Positions 1-12,259 of a stretch of 64,000 bases of DNA are shown here, one piece after another. The stretch lies in NCBI RefSeq assembly GCF_006345805.1, contig NC_042997.1, positions 69,006,001 through 69,070,000 on the forward strand, written 5' to 3'. A program made the translations under genes and the position numbers. Source of the DNA: Octopus sinensis. Taxonomy: Eukaryota. The notes beneath the pieces were generated by a model. That model searched no databases. It was not told the DNA's origin and saw only the letters and a program-made list of their open reading frames with translations. Each line of letters opens with the position of its first letter. Within the stretch, counting starts at the first letter, position 1.

Positions 1-314
1 CTCATTTATATATATATATATATACCAAAAAATTAATTTACGAAGGTGTCATTAATTCTATTATTATCCAATGTAACTATTTTAAAAATGATAATAACAG
101 AATCAATGACAGGCGATAGCAGACCAAAAAATAGCATTAAATAGCCGAGGGATTAAAATTAATCAAAGGACATACTAAGTATGACTACCTGCTAGAAATA
201 ACAGTCAAAACTCTTATTAAATCGCCAAAAATACACTGATGAATACTACAGAAATCAAGCGAAGACAAAATGAGGTTAAGACAATCTACTAAGTTACATT
301 TAAGTATTTGGACT

Positions 315-369
315 CACGCGGACCGGTTTCTGCATTGGTAAAATAAAACCTTAGCTTCTTCAGCACGTG
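315..369 (-). ncRNA. Type I hammerhead ribozyme motif, PLE pseudo-LTR type
   Basis: Minus strand reads CACGTG-CTGAAGA-A-GC...GC-A-GAAAC-CG-GTC-CGCGTG: stem I CACGTG/CGCGTG, palindromic stem III ACCGGT, GUC site; base of stem II is an A.A mismatch. Confidence 0.6.
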
Positions 370-524
370 TTACCATGATTAGAGACTTCCAACCTGTCGC
401 TTCGAAGACTGTGCTGCAACTGATTCGTTTCGCGAAATCATAACAGCCACCAGTGTAAAATAATCTCGATACAATTTTCGAGAAAAATAATTCACCAAAA
501 ATCATGGCTGTTATGATTTCGGCG

Positions 525-737
525 CTCTTCAATTTATTTGTGTATAACTTCTGGATGAGTTACCTCGGTCCTATATAGTCTTAACAAAAAATGAAGTAGA
601 CTGACATGTAATCTTGAATATGTGGAAGGCACGCTAGATGCCGAAATATTCTTCAACAAATTTCACATGATATGGCACTCTTCTATTTATTTGTGTATAA
701 CTTCTGGTTGAGTTACCTCGGTCCTATATAGACTTAA
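525..737 (+). repeat. Two ~60-bp direct repeats (525-584, 678-737) flanking a degenerate HHR-like motif (614-656)
   Basis: CTCTTC(A/T)ATTTATTTGTGTATAACTTCTGG(A/T)TGAGTTACCTCGGTCCTATATAG occurs twice with period 153; TGTGGAA-GGCA..TGCC-GAAAT lies between the copies. Confidence 0.7.
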
Positions 738-765
738 TAATAATAATATAATAATAATAATAATA

Positions 766-827
<62 letters not shown>

Positions 828-828
828 G
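735..828. repeat. (TAA)n switching to (TTA)n microsatellite
   Basis: Directly visible; polarity flips near 766. Confidence 0.95.
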
Positions 829-1879
829 ACACACTCACGCACATATATATGTACACGCGCACTCACGCACGTAATTACATGCATGTGTATACATGCTTTC
901 CATCACACATGCTCATATATAACATACATAAAAACATGCAATATATACTTATTTGTATACGTATGTGTTATAGTGTGTTTTAGTCTACACTGAATGATCG
1001 CAAATGTCACATTTAAAAGAGGTTTTGCAACAAACGTAATTTATAGGCAGGATATATCAAAGTGGATACTGCAACAAAACATAAAACCAGTTGAACGTGA
1101 AGTAGCTACTTTCTGTTCCTCATACCTGTTTTATGAAGGTAACCTTACGCTTATCCGGTTAAGTACTCGTTGCAGACAACATAACACAATCATAAACTAT
1201 CCCTTCTCACAGATATACATACACAGTTGCAAGTACAAACAAAAGAAAATAGTACTCAATACATGTATCAGAGTTCATCATTAACGTTAATCGTTAAGTG
1301 ATTCAACTGAGATTCACTTACATTAGATTGATCTGTTTTAGTTGTCAAATTAAGTTCATACGTGCATAAATATATATATGCACATACATTGATACACGCA
1401 CATACACATGTGTGTGCTCCCCCCATCCCACATTAATCAATGAAATTCCAACTAAGTTTCATGTTCACGTTATATCAATTTTAATGTTTACAATTTTAAA
1501 GCTTTGAAATAAACCAGTACTCTCATGAGTTACGCATTAATCAAGTTTATGTGGAGAACGATTGACAACTGTAGTGAAATGCTTGGATTTAGCCTTTTAA
1601 TACCTTCCGATGGATTCCAGCAGGCTGTCTTACGAACAGTATTTTGACGAAGGCTTAGATGTCACGGTATAGTGAGTGCGCTAAGTAAGTTTTAACTGTA
1701 TTTCAAGCAATCAGTATGTGGCTTAGACGTCACGGTTTCGTGGGCACGTCAAGGATTCCTTACTGTGACTGCACCTATAGAAATAATTATTTGGCTATAA
1801 TTCGGAATGTTGTAAAAAACATTCCTGTAACCATTGAATTCTTATTTCTTTACAGCCCACAGGGGGCTACACACAGAGG

Positions 1880-2055
1880 GGACAAACATGGATAGACAAA
1901 CGAATTAATTCGATTATATCAACCCCAGTGCGTAACTGGTACTTATCTAATCGACCCCGAAAGGATGAATGGCGAAGTCGACCTCGGCTGAATTTGAACT
2001 CAGAACATAACGGCATTACGCCCGGCGTGCTAACGTTTCTGTCAGCTCGCCACCA
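1880..2055 (+). mobile_element. SINE fragment, family A
   Basis: CTGGTACTTAT..ATCGACCCCGAAAGGATGAATGGCGAAGTCGACCTCGGC.GAATTTGAACTCAGAAC; homologous copies at ~12010-12125, 19268-19440 and inverted at ~40365-40430. Confidence 0.75.
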
Positions 2056-2949
2056 GCTCGTTACCATTGAATTCTATTGTTACTATTCCAGAAATTTTTT
2101 ACATTTCAATTAATGCTGTTGTTAGTGGCGGCGGTGGCAGCAGTAGTAATAGCTGTATTACTTATTATTATCATTATTATCACCATCATCATTAACATTA
2201 TCCCCGTCACTATAACTGTCCATTTAAAACGGATTTGAATTTATCAATAAAATTCTTTTCTCTGACCTTCTCTCAACTTCTCTTGAGTTGTGTAGTTTGT
2301 AGAATGGGATTATAAACTTTTCCTGACTACGTGTTGCCAGATGGTTGCTTAAAGGAATCTGACGTTTATCAGGGCCCTTAATTTGCTGTCCTGTCAGTGC
2401 ACATGTGAATGTTCCGTAATGCATTCCCAGTCTGTCCAGCGTATATCTCTTCACAATTTGTGCATTTGAGCAGTGATCTACCTCAAAGCAATTTAGACTT
2501 TCGTAAGTTCGTAGCACGAACCTATCTTCTTAGTGTTCTGGAGATAAAGTAACTGGCTACTAAACGCTAGGCCCATTTTGGCTAACTTAAGTTGCGTGTA
2601 GTTATCGGTTTGGAAACAACACCAACTATTTTCTATGTTCATAGACCTACATGGACGGACAGAATGTCGTGAGGTGGCTGTTGCTTCTATGTCCGGAAGC
2701 TACTGTAAGTTTATTCATCGACATCATTTTGAACGGAGAGCTGTCGAAGATTAATGGGTAAGTCACCCGATAGCAGCAGAAGCATTTCCGTGAAAGTAAC
2801 AAGATTTGATGGGGTTGGATTAAACTTTAGCAATGCTGGGGCGAATTTACAGCATGGAGGGAGCTGTGGACTAAATGGGATGTAAGATACCATACCGTTG
2901 AGTATAAGACCGTACATCTCTATAGTCAGCTACCAGTGGGCTGAATTTC

Positions 2950-3250
2950 AGGAACAAGGTATACCTATGGTGGCAAAAATAAAATAGCTCATTATTTCAG
3001 TTGTTGGAAATCGCAGGTTGGTGGAGTAAGTGTTGTCTCTCATGGAGGCAGAGTTGAAAATTGTGAGTTAATGTTGAGTATGAACATTTCTATCAATGAT
3101 ACTCCATCAGATTTTGGGAAAGTCGTCCCGTTGATAATGGAGTGTCCAGATGAAACGGGGCAAAGCGGCTGTGCTTTCCCTATCGCTGTATATACTCTCA
3201 CTTGGAGGTACTAGTTATCATACCAGCAAATTCAGCCAATTCAATATTAT
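2950..3250 (-). pseudogene. Possible highly decayed PLE GIY-YIG C-terminal relic
   Basis: Minus translation STAALPRFIWTLH..PKI*WSII resembles STGLSKLVWRLK..W.IL of the 59.1-kb element; many stops. Confidence 0.3.
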
Positions 3251-3316
3251 GGATTTTTACTCTTTTACATCATGTGGCTTGTTGACTCTCTATGTGTGTG
3301 TGTATCTGTATGAATG

Positions 3317-3365
<49 letters not shown>

Positions 3366-3527
3366 GTGTGTATGTGTGTGTGTGCGTGCGTGTGCACGTG
3401 CAAGCGTGTGTGAAATATTTGTAAAGGCGAATAAATAAAACCAATTTTTCCAATTTCTTGTCCCGATATATGCATACATACATGCATATCTACATACATA
3501 CACATACACGTCTCTGTGCTTTGCGTG

Positions 3528-3566
<39 letters not shown>

Positions 3567-3869
3567 TATAAATATTATTATTCTATTAGCAATAAAATTA
3601 TTTCGTATGTAGTCGAAAAGTCGTTAAAATCAAACACCATCTCTCATAAACCAGCAGTTGCTGATCGGTGTCACGAAAAGTGAATTTACGGAGAGACACT
3701 TATGCGAGGACACATATAAACCCTGACAACCTACTTATCTACCTACTTAACTAACTACTTACCTACCTACAGGTATACATTCATTCTTAAATGCACACAC
3801 ACACACACACACACCACACATATATACAAACACATACACACATTTATACATATTTATGCATATACATAC

Positions 3870-3930
<61 letters not shown>

Positions 3931-4004
3931 ATATATATCTGATGAACGGCAACGAGAAACTCAGAGTAACAGATTTTGTTGAATTTTCTGCTGCTTAAAA
4001 TAAA

Positions 4005-4029
<25 letters not shown>

Positions 4030-4041
<12 letters not shown>

Positions 4042-5095
4042 AGAATTCACAAAAAAATAAAGACGAATATAGGTGGTGTAGACAACAAACAGATGTATTA
4101 GTTTAACGCTCGAGAAGTGAAAAGGTTTTTAACGTTTCGAGCCTACGCTCTTCCACAGAAAAGAACACAGAAAGAAACAAAAGAGAAATTAAAGAATGTG
4201 TAGTGTGTACCGATCTATCATGGCGAATGCCAGATAGAGGGGTCACACAGGAGAGCGAGGAAGAAGGAGATATAATATAGTAGTGCTGATCACAAAACGA
4301 AGGTGCGCATGCGTGTGTTTAAGAGAGCATTATGTGCGTGGGAAGTGGTCAGTGCTAGTGTGTGCGTGGTCGTGTGATGTGATGCAGTGTTGTGTGGTAA
4401 GGTGGTGTATGTGGAGGAGGCGAGAGTTGAGAAAGCAAGGATGGGCGTAGAGGTGGGGTATGTGGGAGTGTCTGTAAGACATTGGATGGGATGGGATGGA
4501 TAGGAAGTGTGGGGTTGGATTGTGTAGGGGTGGGTTTACGAGGGAGGTGTGACGATGAAGGGAGAGGGGGAAGAGAGAAGGTAGGAAGGAATTAAGAAAA
4601 GTAGAAGTCGGAGCAAGAGAGGAGAGGTCGAGCGGGAGTAAGTAAGTAGGTGTGAGAGGAAGAGAGGAGAAGGGAGGATAATTAGATGAAGGAGAGGAGA
4701 GGAGAGCCTATGTGGCGAAAGGAGCGAAGAGAAAAATTCATTAGTCGTTCAGGGTGAAGACGGGAGTCCGGATGGCCCCTGCAAGGACAATCCGAATACG
4801 GACAGGTGTTGCAAAGAGTGACCGGTAGAGCGGAAATGGCGTAAGACTGGGGTATCATTGCCGAGTCGAATGTCTCGGAGGTGTTCCGCGAACTAGCCAG
4901 CCAAGCGGTGTCCCGTTTGCTCGATGTGTAGAGAAGGGTATAGAGAGAGCAGGAGATGCGGCAGATGACATTGGTAGAAGTGCAGGTGCAGGAGTCGATG
5001 ATATGATAGGGTCGATGATGGGTGCCGCCGGTGAGAAGGGTGGTGTTGGAGAAGTAAGGTCAAGGCCCTGGTCACGGCGAAATTGCTTTTATTAC
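4030..5095 (-). mobile_element. 5'-truncated Neptune-type PLE: decayed GIY-YIG end, pyrimidine-rich 3' UTR and pLTR
   Basis: Minus translation IDSCTCTSTNVICRISC..IEQTGHRLAG*FAEHLRDIRLGNDTPVLRHFRSTGHSLQHLSVFGL matches the C-terminus of the 28788-30034 ORF; HHR motif at its 3' end. Confidence 0.9.
4127..4162 (-). ncRNA. Minimal HHR variant (CUGUGGA core)
   Basis: TTTT-CTGTGGA-A-GAGC-GTAG-GCTC-GAAAC-GTT-AAAA. Confidence 0.55.
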
Positions 5096-5110
5096 TGGTT
5101 TGGGCTTTGA

Positions 5111-5176
5111 CTGCATGTAGTGGTTAAGAGCGCGGGCTACTAACCCCAAGATTCCGAGTTTGATCCCAGGCAGTCA

Positions 5177-5250
<74 letters not shown>

Positions 5251-5420
5251 TCGAAAGATGCCTTAGGAATGAGGTTCGAAATTTCCCCAAGACACTTGAT
5301 GAAGGCTGGAGGGTATATCAGCCGAAACGTTGTGTTAACAACAAAGAAGATGAGGACAAATATCCGTCAAATGTAAATAATGTACATAATTCCTCATCTC
5401 TTAAATATAGAACTGTATTG
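5111..5420 (+). mobile_element. tRNA-headed SINE-like element with internal (AAT)n and HHR-bearing tail
   Basis: A-box GTAGTGGTTAAGAGC, anticodon-like loop CT-ACT-AA, B-box GAGTTTGATCCC (5111-5180); (AAT)n 5181-5248; HHR 5291-5336. Confidence 0.7.
5291..5336 (+). ncRNA. Minimal type I HHR, C3U in this copy
   Basis: GACAC-TTGATGA-A-GGCTG-GAGGGTATAT-CAGCC-GAAAC-GTT-GTGTT; stem I GACAC/GTGTT; loopless ACGT stem III implies dimer cleavage. Confidence 0.7.
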
Positions 5421-5682
5421 TCATCTGTACTTCATCAGTGAGATCGCTAAAATTAATATAATTAATTTACAGCTAATACGTACCGAAAACACGTGCGTGT
5501 TGCATGCTTATACATTATGTTTTCAAATTCACCGTGCAAGCTCAGTTACATTCGTCCGCAAATAATAATAAAATTAAAACTGTGTACGAGAAAGGCTTTG
5601 AAAGTACGAAAGTTTTACTGTGAAAATAAGGATAGGAAATTTAGAAAATTTTCATACCGGTAGGTAGCATATATATATATAT

Positions 5683-6705
5683 ATCTAATATAGGATAAAA
5701 TTTTTCGAAAAAAATTCTATCAATGGCCAGCATATTAAAAAATACCTTTAAAGATTAAATTTATAAACAATTTATAAGTAAGGGCAAAAGAAAAAAAATT
5801 CTAATGCCAAAATATGCCGAAAATAGACACAACGTCAATAACCAAATATCCATGTAATTTATCACTACAAGCACGCGTTTCGAAGAAAGCCGACAGAAAT
5901 TTCTAAAAAAATCCCGTTTTTACCATCTCGGACCCGATTTCTGTGTTAGTTCATAAGAACCTTCCCTTCATCGGTGATAAAGGCGGCAAAGAAATAAGTG
6001 AAATACTTACTTATACCCATGCAAGAAGTCAAAACTAAGTCATGAGCACAATTAAGTACCCGAAATATATCTAAAATAGAAAATCTCTAGCACACCTCGA
6101 GACACGTAGATTCGAACCGAAAAACTTTCGTAAAGTGAGAGAGTCTGGAAGTGAACACTATTAAATTAACATCTAATATAGGATAAAATTTTTCGAACAA
6201 AATTCTATCAATAACCAGCATATTAAAATTAATTTAACCTTTAAAAGTATTTTTTAATATGCTGGCCATTGATAGAATATTTTTCGAAAAATGTTATCCT
6301 ATATTAGATGTTAATTTAATAGTGTTCACTTCCAGACTCTCTCACTTTACGAGAGTTTTTCGGTTCGAATCGCACGTGTCTCGAGATGTGCTACAGATTT
6401 TCTATTTTGGATATATTTCGGGTATTTAATTGTGCTCATGACTTAGTTTTGACTTCTTCCATGGGTATAAGTAAGTATTTCACTTATTTCTTTGCCGCAT
6501 TTATCACTGATGAAGGGAAGGTTCTTATGAACTAACTCTGAAATCGGGTCCGATATGGTAATAACAGGATTTTTTTAGAAATTTCTGTCGGCTTTCTTCG
6601 AAACACGTGCTTGTAGTGATAAATTAAATGGTTATTGACGTTGTGTCAATTTTCGGCTTATTTTGGCATTACAAATTTCTTCTTTCGCCCTTACTTATAA
6701 ATTGT
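5683..6705. mobile_element. Fold-back non-coding element: ~460-bp inverted arms (5767-6229 / 6253-6705), unit ~488 bp, in (TA)n
   Basis: Arms are reverse complements with scattered mismatches; ATCTAATATAGGATAAAATTTTTCGAA recurs at ~5683 and ~6171; HHR motifs at 5857-5981 (-) and 6499-6624 (+). Confidence 0.9.
6499..6624 (+). ncRNA. HHR-like motif with extended stem II
   Basis: ATTTATCA-CTGATGA-AGGGAAG..~85 nt..CTTTCTTC-GAAAC-ACGTGCTT-GTA-GTGATAAAT; stem I is one nucleotide out of the canonical register. Confidence 0.5.
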
Positions 6706-6729
6706 ATATATATATATATATATATATAT

Positions 6730-7230
6730 ACAATTATCTTTGCAATTTCGGCTGGTTATACTTGAGATTGCGCCCATCTGACCAGCGCCAAGGAAAAACT
6801 AAGCTAAGAGCTCTAGATTCCTTGGAAGAAAGCAGCAAATATATACGAAAAAAGGACGGAAAAAAACGGAGAAATGGTACACAAATACAAATGCAAATAA
6901 AAGACATTGACAACAAGTGTCTTTCGACTAAGGACGAATTAGATGAAGCTGGCGTGAGTGGAAGTGAAACCTTACAGCAGGGACATAACAGATGACACGC
7001 ATAGGTAGGAATATAAATGTTGCACGGATGGTAACCGAACCAAGAAAGAATGTTCAGGCTTGACCGAACACCGGTCACGTGGAGAGGGAAAGGAGAGAGA
7101 TAGAGGCAGAGAATTAGAAGAATTAAGGAGGGAGGAGAATAAAAGTAAAGGGACAGATTGAAGTGAAAGAGGAGGGAAGGTGAGAATGAAGAAGAAGCCA
7201 GGAAATGTGAGAGAGGGGTAATGTCTACAC
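6730..7230 (-). mobile_element. Probable PLE 3' UTR/pLTR fragment
   Basis: Same purine-rich (+) style as 4200-4740; ends in CCAGCC-GAAATTGC on minus next to (TA)n. Confidence 0.35.
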
Positions 7231-7399
7231 ACACACACACACACATACACACACATATACGCACTAACACATTCACATACACGCAGCCGGTCACATTCCA
7301 AACATATTGAAAGGACATTCAGCACAACACACACACACACTCACGCAGGCACGCACATATACATACACACACACACACACACACACGCACACACAGCTG

Positions 7400-7700
7400 G
7401 ACAAAACCCATTCAATAAATGATATTTAAGCCACACCCTCGCCAGGAACCCACACAGATGTTTTAAAATAATGGACAACTACACCCCCGCTCTTTCTCTC
7501 TAATACCTTGAACTGTATACCAAATTTTTTGCAAACAAACTATATTTAAAAAAGATTTACGGAAAAACTCAAACCCAAGAAGATAAATACAAACTATTTT
7601 ACTTAAAATTCAAAATATTTTGATAAGATGAAATTCATCGTCGAAACCGATATTTTATATTTTCTATGTATTAAAAAATTGTTAATAATATTAATTTCTT
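7400..7700 (+). mobile_element. Probable PLE 3' end with degenerate HHR
   Basis: TTGATAA-GATG-AAATT-CATC-GTC-GAAACCG at ~7620-7650. Confidence 0.3.
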
Positions 7701-7803
7701 TCTAACTTAAAATGCTTTCACTTTACTTCTGTGCTGTTTCTACCTCCATCTTTGACTTGTATAGTTCTCTAATCATTTTCATATATATATGTATATATAT
7801 ATG

Positions 7804-7835
<32 letters not shown>

Positions 7836-7840
7836 TTTAC

Positions 7841-7891
<51 letters not shown>

Positions 7892-7904
7892 TAATAATAA
7901 TAAT

Positions 7905-8944
7905 AAAGGGTGAAATTAATTAATTTAGAAATAATCATTAATTTCACCAAGTAGAGTTCGGCATGTAAAAGACACATTCAAGGAAGGTTTAAGTAATACT
8001 AAGTAATTAAGGGTTTAGCAACGATTTGCCTCACTACACCCCGAATTTAGAAATAGCAGTCAAAAAGTTTTGGCTATTCTTTCTACTTAAAAGGGAGATC
8101 CCAGTAAAACCAAAGCACTTAAAAAGCATACGACGCAGGCAAAAGAGAAATAAATGACGAAAATCATTCAATATTAAGTTACCTACGGACGTTTTACCTG
8201 ACTATTTTCCTCCTCAGCGTTGGACTCTACAATTATCAATAATTGCGTCTCAATTATTAATAATTGTGTATTAAATTTGAAGGCACTAGAAGACATCACC
8301 TCAACTCATGGTATCAGAGCGAGCGTAAGCCTTACCAGTACCACCAAATTCAAAGGGTGAATGAAAGTAAGTCAACCATCCCCCTCCACCAGCGTGCTGC
8401 CAAAATAAGATGCTATAGTTTTTTTACTGGGATGAAATACAGTTATCAATAATAATAAAGGGTGAAATTAATTAATTTAGAAATAATCATTAATTTCACT
8501 AAGTAGAGTTCGGCATGTAAAAGACCCATTCAAGGAAGGTTTAAGTAATACTAAATAATTAAGGGTTTAGCAACGATTTGCCTCACCACACACCGAATTT
8601 AGAAATAACAGTCAAAAAGTTTTGGCTATTCTTTCTACTTAAAAGGGAGATCCCAGTAAAACCAAAGCAGTCCAACGCTGAGGAGGAAAATAGTCAGGTA
8701 AGACATAATTATTTAATTTTTATGCTCAACAGTGACTTAATTCCGAAACGTACTTCCGTAGGTAACGTAATATTGAATGATTTTCGTCATATATTTCTCT
8801 TTTGCCTGCGTCGTATGCTTTTCAAGTACTTTGGTTTTACTGGGATCTCCCTTTTAAGTAGAAAGAATAGCCAAAACTTTTCGACTGCTATTTCTAAATT
8901 CGGTGTGTGGTGAGGCAAATCGTTGCTAAACCCTTAATTACTTA

Positions 8945-8948
<4 letters not shown>
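7905..8948. mobile_element. Composite non-coding repeat: direct copies (7905-8227, 8457-8668) followed by inverted continuation (8669-8948)
   Basis: AAAGGGTGAAATTAATTAATTTAGAAATAATC repeated at offset 552; 8828-8948 is the reverse complement of 8549-8668; HHR core CTGAGGA-GGAA..TTCC-GAAACG at 8678-8760 without a clear stem I. Confidence 0.85.
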
Positions 8949-8997
<49 letters not shown>

Positions 8998-9002
8998 GCA
9001 TG

Positions 9003-9038
<36 letters not shown>

Positions 9039-9444
9039 TGCATACATATATATATATATATATCTTATATGTATGTGTGTAAATATAAATATATATATGT
9101 GTCTTATATATATGTGTGTAATATAAATATGCACATAGTAAAAACAAATAAGATGAAGTAAACAAAACAGAAAATTTTACGTTGGAAAACATATGTATAC
9201 ATCTATGAAATAACATATTTACATAGTCGACTGCTTTCGTTGATGCTAAACAACTTATGGGTAAATTATTAGCTTAAGTTAAATTGGTTAACTATTTACA
9301 TACAAGGAAACTGGGCAGAGATTTTTTGTTGGGAAATAAGCATACACACATACATGCATATGTATATATATCTATATATATATATATAATATATATATAT
9401 ATATACATACATATATATAATATATACATGCGTATGTATGTATG

Positions 9445-9487
<43 letters not shown>

Positions 9488-9530
9488 ATATGAATATACA
9501 TATATATAGGTATATATGTATATACGCATG

Positions 9531-9561
<31 letters not shown>

Positions 9562-9569
9562 AATATATG

Positions 9570-9600
<31 letters not shown>

Positions 9601-9622
9601 TATATATATGTATGTATGTATG

Positions 9623-9677
<55 letters not shown>

Positions 9678-10410
9678 ACTCTGTGTGAGTAGTATACAAT
9701 TCTGCCAATCCGAAGCAGTGATCTCAAGGGTGAATCTTATTCTATATTATGGTATTTCAAACCAGGCAGAACTTAGTGTTCATAGTTGTATGAAACGTTT
9801 TACCCAGTTCATGTATTCTTTCAAATTATTGCGTAGACCAACTTACAAGCTAAACGTTCGTTTGTACACTGTCTTTGCTTTGAGTAAAAATATTCGCATA
9901 TTGTCACGGACGGTTGTATCCTCCCACCGGACAAATGTACTTGGTTTCTGAAACCCCCTTCTAAATTTAAAATTCTAAGTTCTGACACAATACCATAGAG
10001 TGTTACCATATGTATCTCTGAATTTCTCTCAACTGCAAACAACATAGTGAATTATTAACAATTAGTTGTTAATGTTTTCATAAATATTCACTAAAATCTA
10101 TGAAACCTATAATCTTTGATAAAAGATTACCAGAATAACGAAGGATACTTTTGAAACTTATCTGTCAGTCGTCAGCTACACATTGCACTTACAAGCCAGC
10201 CGCAGTGCTAACCGACAACACCCAGCACTGAACCCCATGTATCTACAAAAAGACCCAAGGAGCCCAAACCAATCAACAGCTATTGGGAGCATCAACGGAT
10301 GTGAACCAAGCAATAAGAAAGATTCTTAATAGACATCAAGTGCCTTACTTAGAAGCAGTGAAAGCTTGAAGAGATTTCCTCGTTTAAATTATTGCAATTT
10401 TGATTCTAAA

Positions 10411-10458
<48 letters not shown>

Positions 10459-10786
10459 CACATACTTATGAACACATAATGCGGTTATGCATTTGACGTA
10501 GTGTGTAAATGTAACTAGATATAATATAGTAATGATTCAATGTGTTGTAGACAAATATAATCTGAAAAGTGTCGGCTGAGTTTTATTAGCATGTACGTAC
10601 GCTTGTATATTTATACGTGCATACAAATGTATGATATAAGAATATTTATAAATAAATGCAATAAAATACATTAGGAAATGCCTCTGGGACAGTAGGTTAA
10701 TAATCTTACGCATTTCTGAAAAGCAAAAACATCTTGTATTACAACTATAAAACGTAATAAAATATATTTTAATAATAATAACTATA

Positions 10787-10817
<31 letters not shown>

Positions 10818-10957
10818 GGAGGAGGAGGAGGAGGAGGAGGAGGAAGAGGAGGAGGATAACAACAACAACAACAATAATAATAATTATAATGATAATAATA
10901 ATAATAATAATATAATAATAATAATAATAATAATAATAAATGCACTGATGCAATACC

Positions 10958-11495
10958 AGACAGTGTCTCTCATGTTTCCTGATTTTAAATGATTGGAAGT
11001 GTTATCATGTACATTTTCTTGTCTTGGTATAAATGATGGGCTACAGCAAATATTCTACTCAATACCACAGATTTGCTTCTCAGTTGTCTGACCATAACCA
11101 GTTGAACGTGTCCCTTTGTGGGAGACGATATATGAATCTCTGATCACGCGCAGAAGTAGTGGGGGAGAATCAGAGCCATGTATCGCGAGGGATTTCTTGG
11201 GGTTTGAATAATTCATCTCTGGAAACATGGGTGTTTCGTTCAACATCCTTAAACAACTCTTATTCAGGGACCTTTTGAGCGGAATGGGCTACTCGACAAG
11301 AAGAAAATCCTAACTGGGCCCCACCTGCAAGGTTATGCGCTGTTTATCTTGATATGAGATCACCATGTCGCGCACATATGGTTGTGATGCATGTGCCTAG
11401 TGTACCCTTATCAGACGGATAGTCATGATGGGTATATACTTCATATATTTTACCTCAGTGTCACTTTGATGGAATGCACTGCTCTCTCATTCAAT
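10958..11495 (-). mobile_element. ~500-bp interspersed repeat between trinucleotide microsatellites; inverted homolog at 50389-50866
   Basis: Reverse complement aligns along its length with 50389-50866 (e.g. CTGGGCCCCACCTGCAAGG / CCTTGCAGGTGGGGCCCAG). Confidence 0.85.
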
Positions 11496-12259
11496 GATGA
11501 TGATGAGGAGGAGGAGGAGGAGAAGGAGGAGAGGGAGGGGGAGGAAGAGGAGGACGACGACGACGAGGAGAAGGAAGGAGAAGAGGAGGACGTAGAAGAG
11601 TTGGTTGTGGTTGAGGTGATTGATATTAATATTACATATGGTGCAACGGCATGTGCTGAAAAGCGTTAATAAGTAAAGCAACAACGATAATGATGACGAA
11701 AACTACGAGGACGTCGACGATGATGATGACATCTTTAATAGGCCCTAGATTCGAAATATAATGAGAATTAAATCAAAAGGATCGTGCTCGTAACCAATAA
11801 CAGTAATTACAAACAAGAGTTCATACGTAATTACTCGGCAGTTCAACAGAATTTTCTACGTTGTAATCATTCCACTCTCTCGAAAAGTGTTTCCCATAAT
11901 TCTGCCTTGATAAATGTCTAGAAGAATGAGCTTCTTTCTCTAAAAGAAGTACTAAAAGCAACAAAATAAAATAGATTCAAAAGCGTTGCTGATATAGGTA
12001 AGAGAAGAGGAGCTAATCGATTGCATCGACTCCAGTACATAAACGATACTGTAATTTTCGAATCCTGAAGGACGGAATAATTATTTGAACTCAGCTGTAT
12101 ATGGTCTCAGAATGTAAAGTGCGCGAAAAAATAACATTAGGGATTTTGTTGATACTATCATGATTACACAAGAAGTAAAATGGATGTGGAATAAAGCAGA
12201 CACTGAAACAGAGACATCGATATCGACAACACATATACGAACACTCCAGAAGCTGTGGT

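Noticed and set aside
5111-5180. Functional tRNA gene
   Set aside because: No acceptor stem and an imperfect anticodon stem; treated as a SINE head
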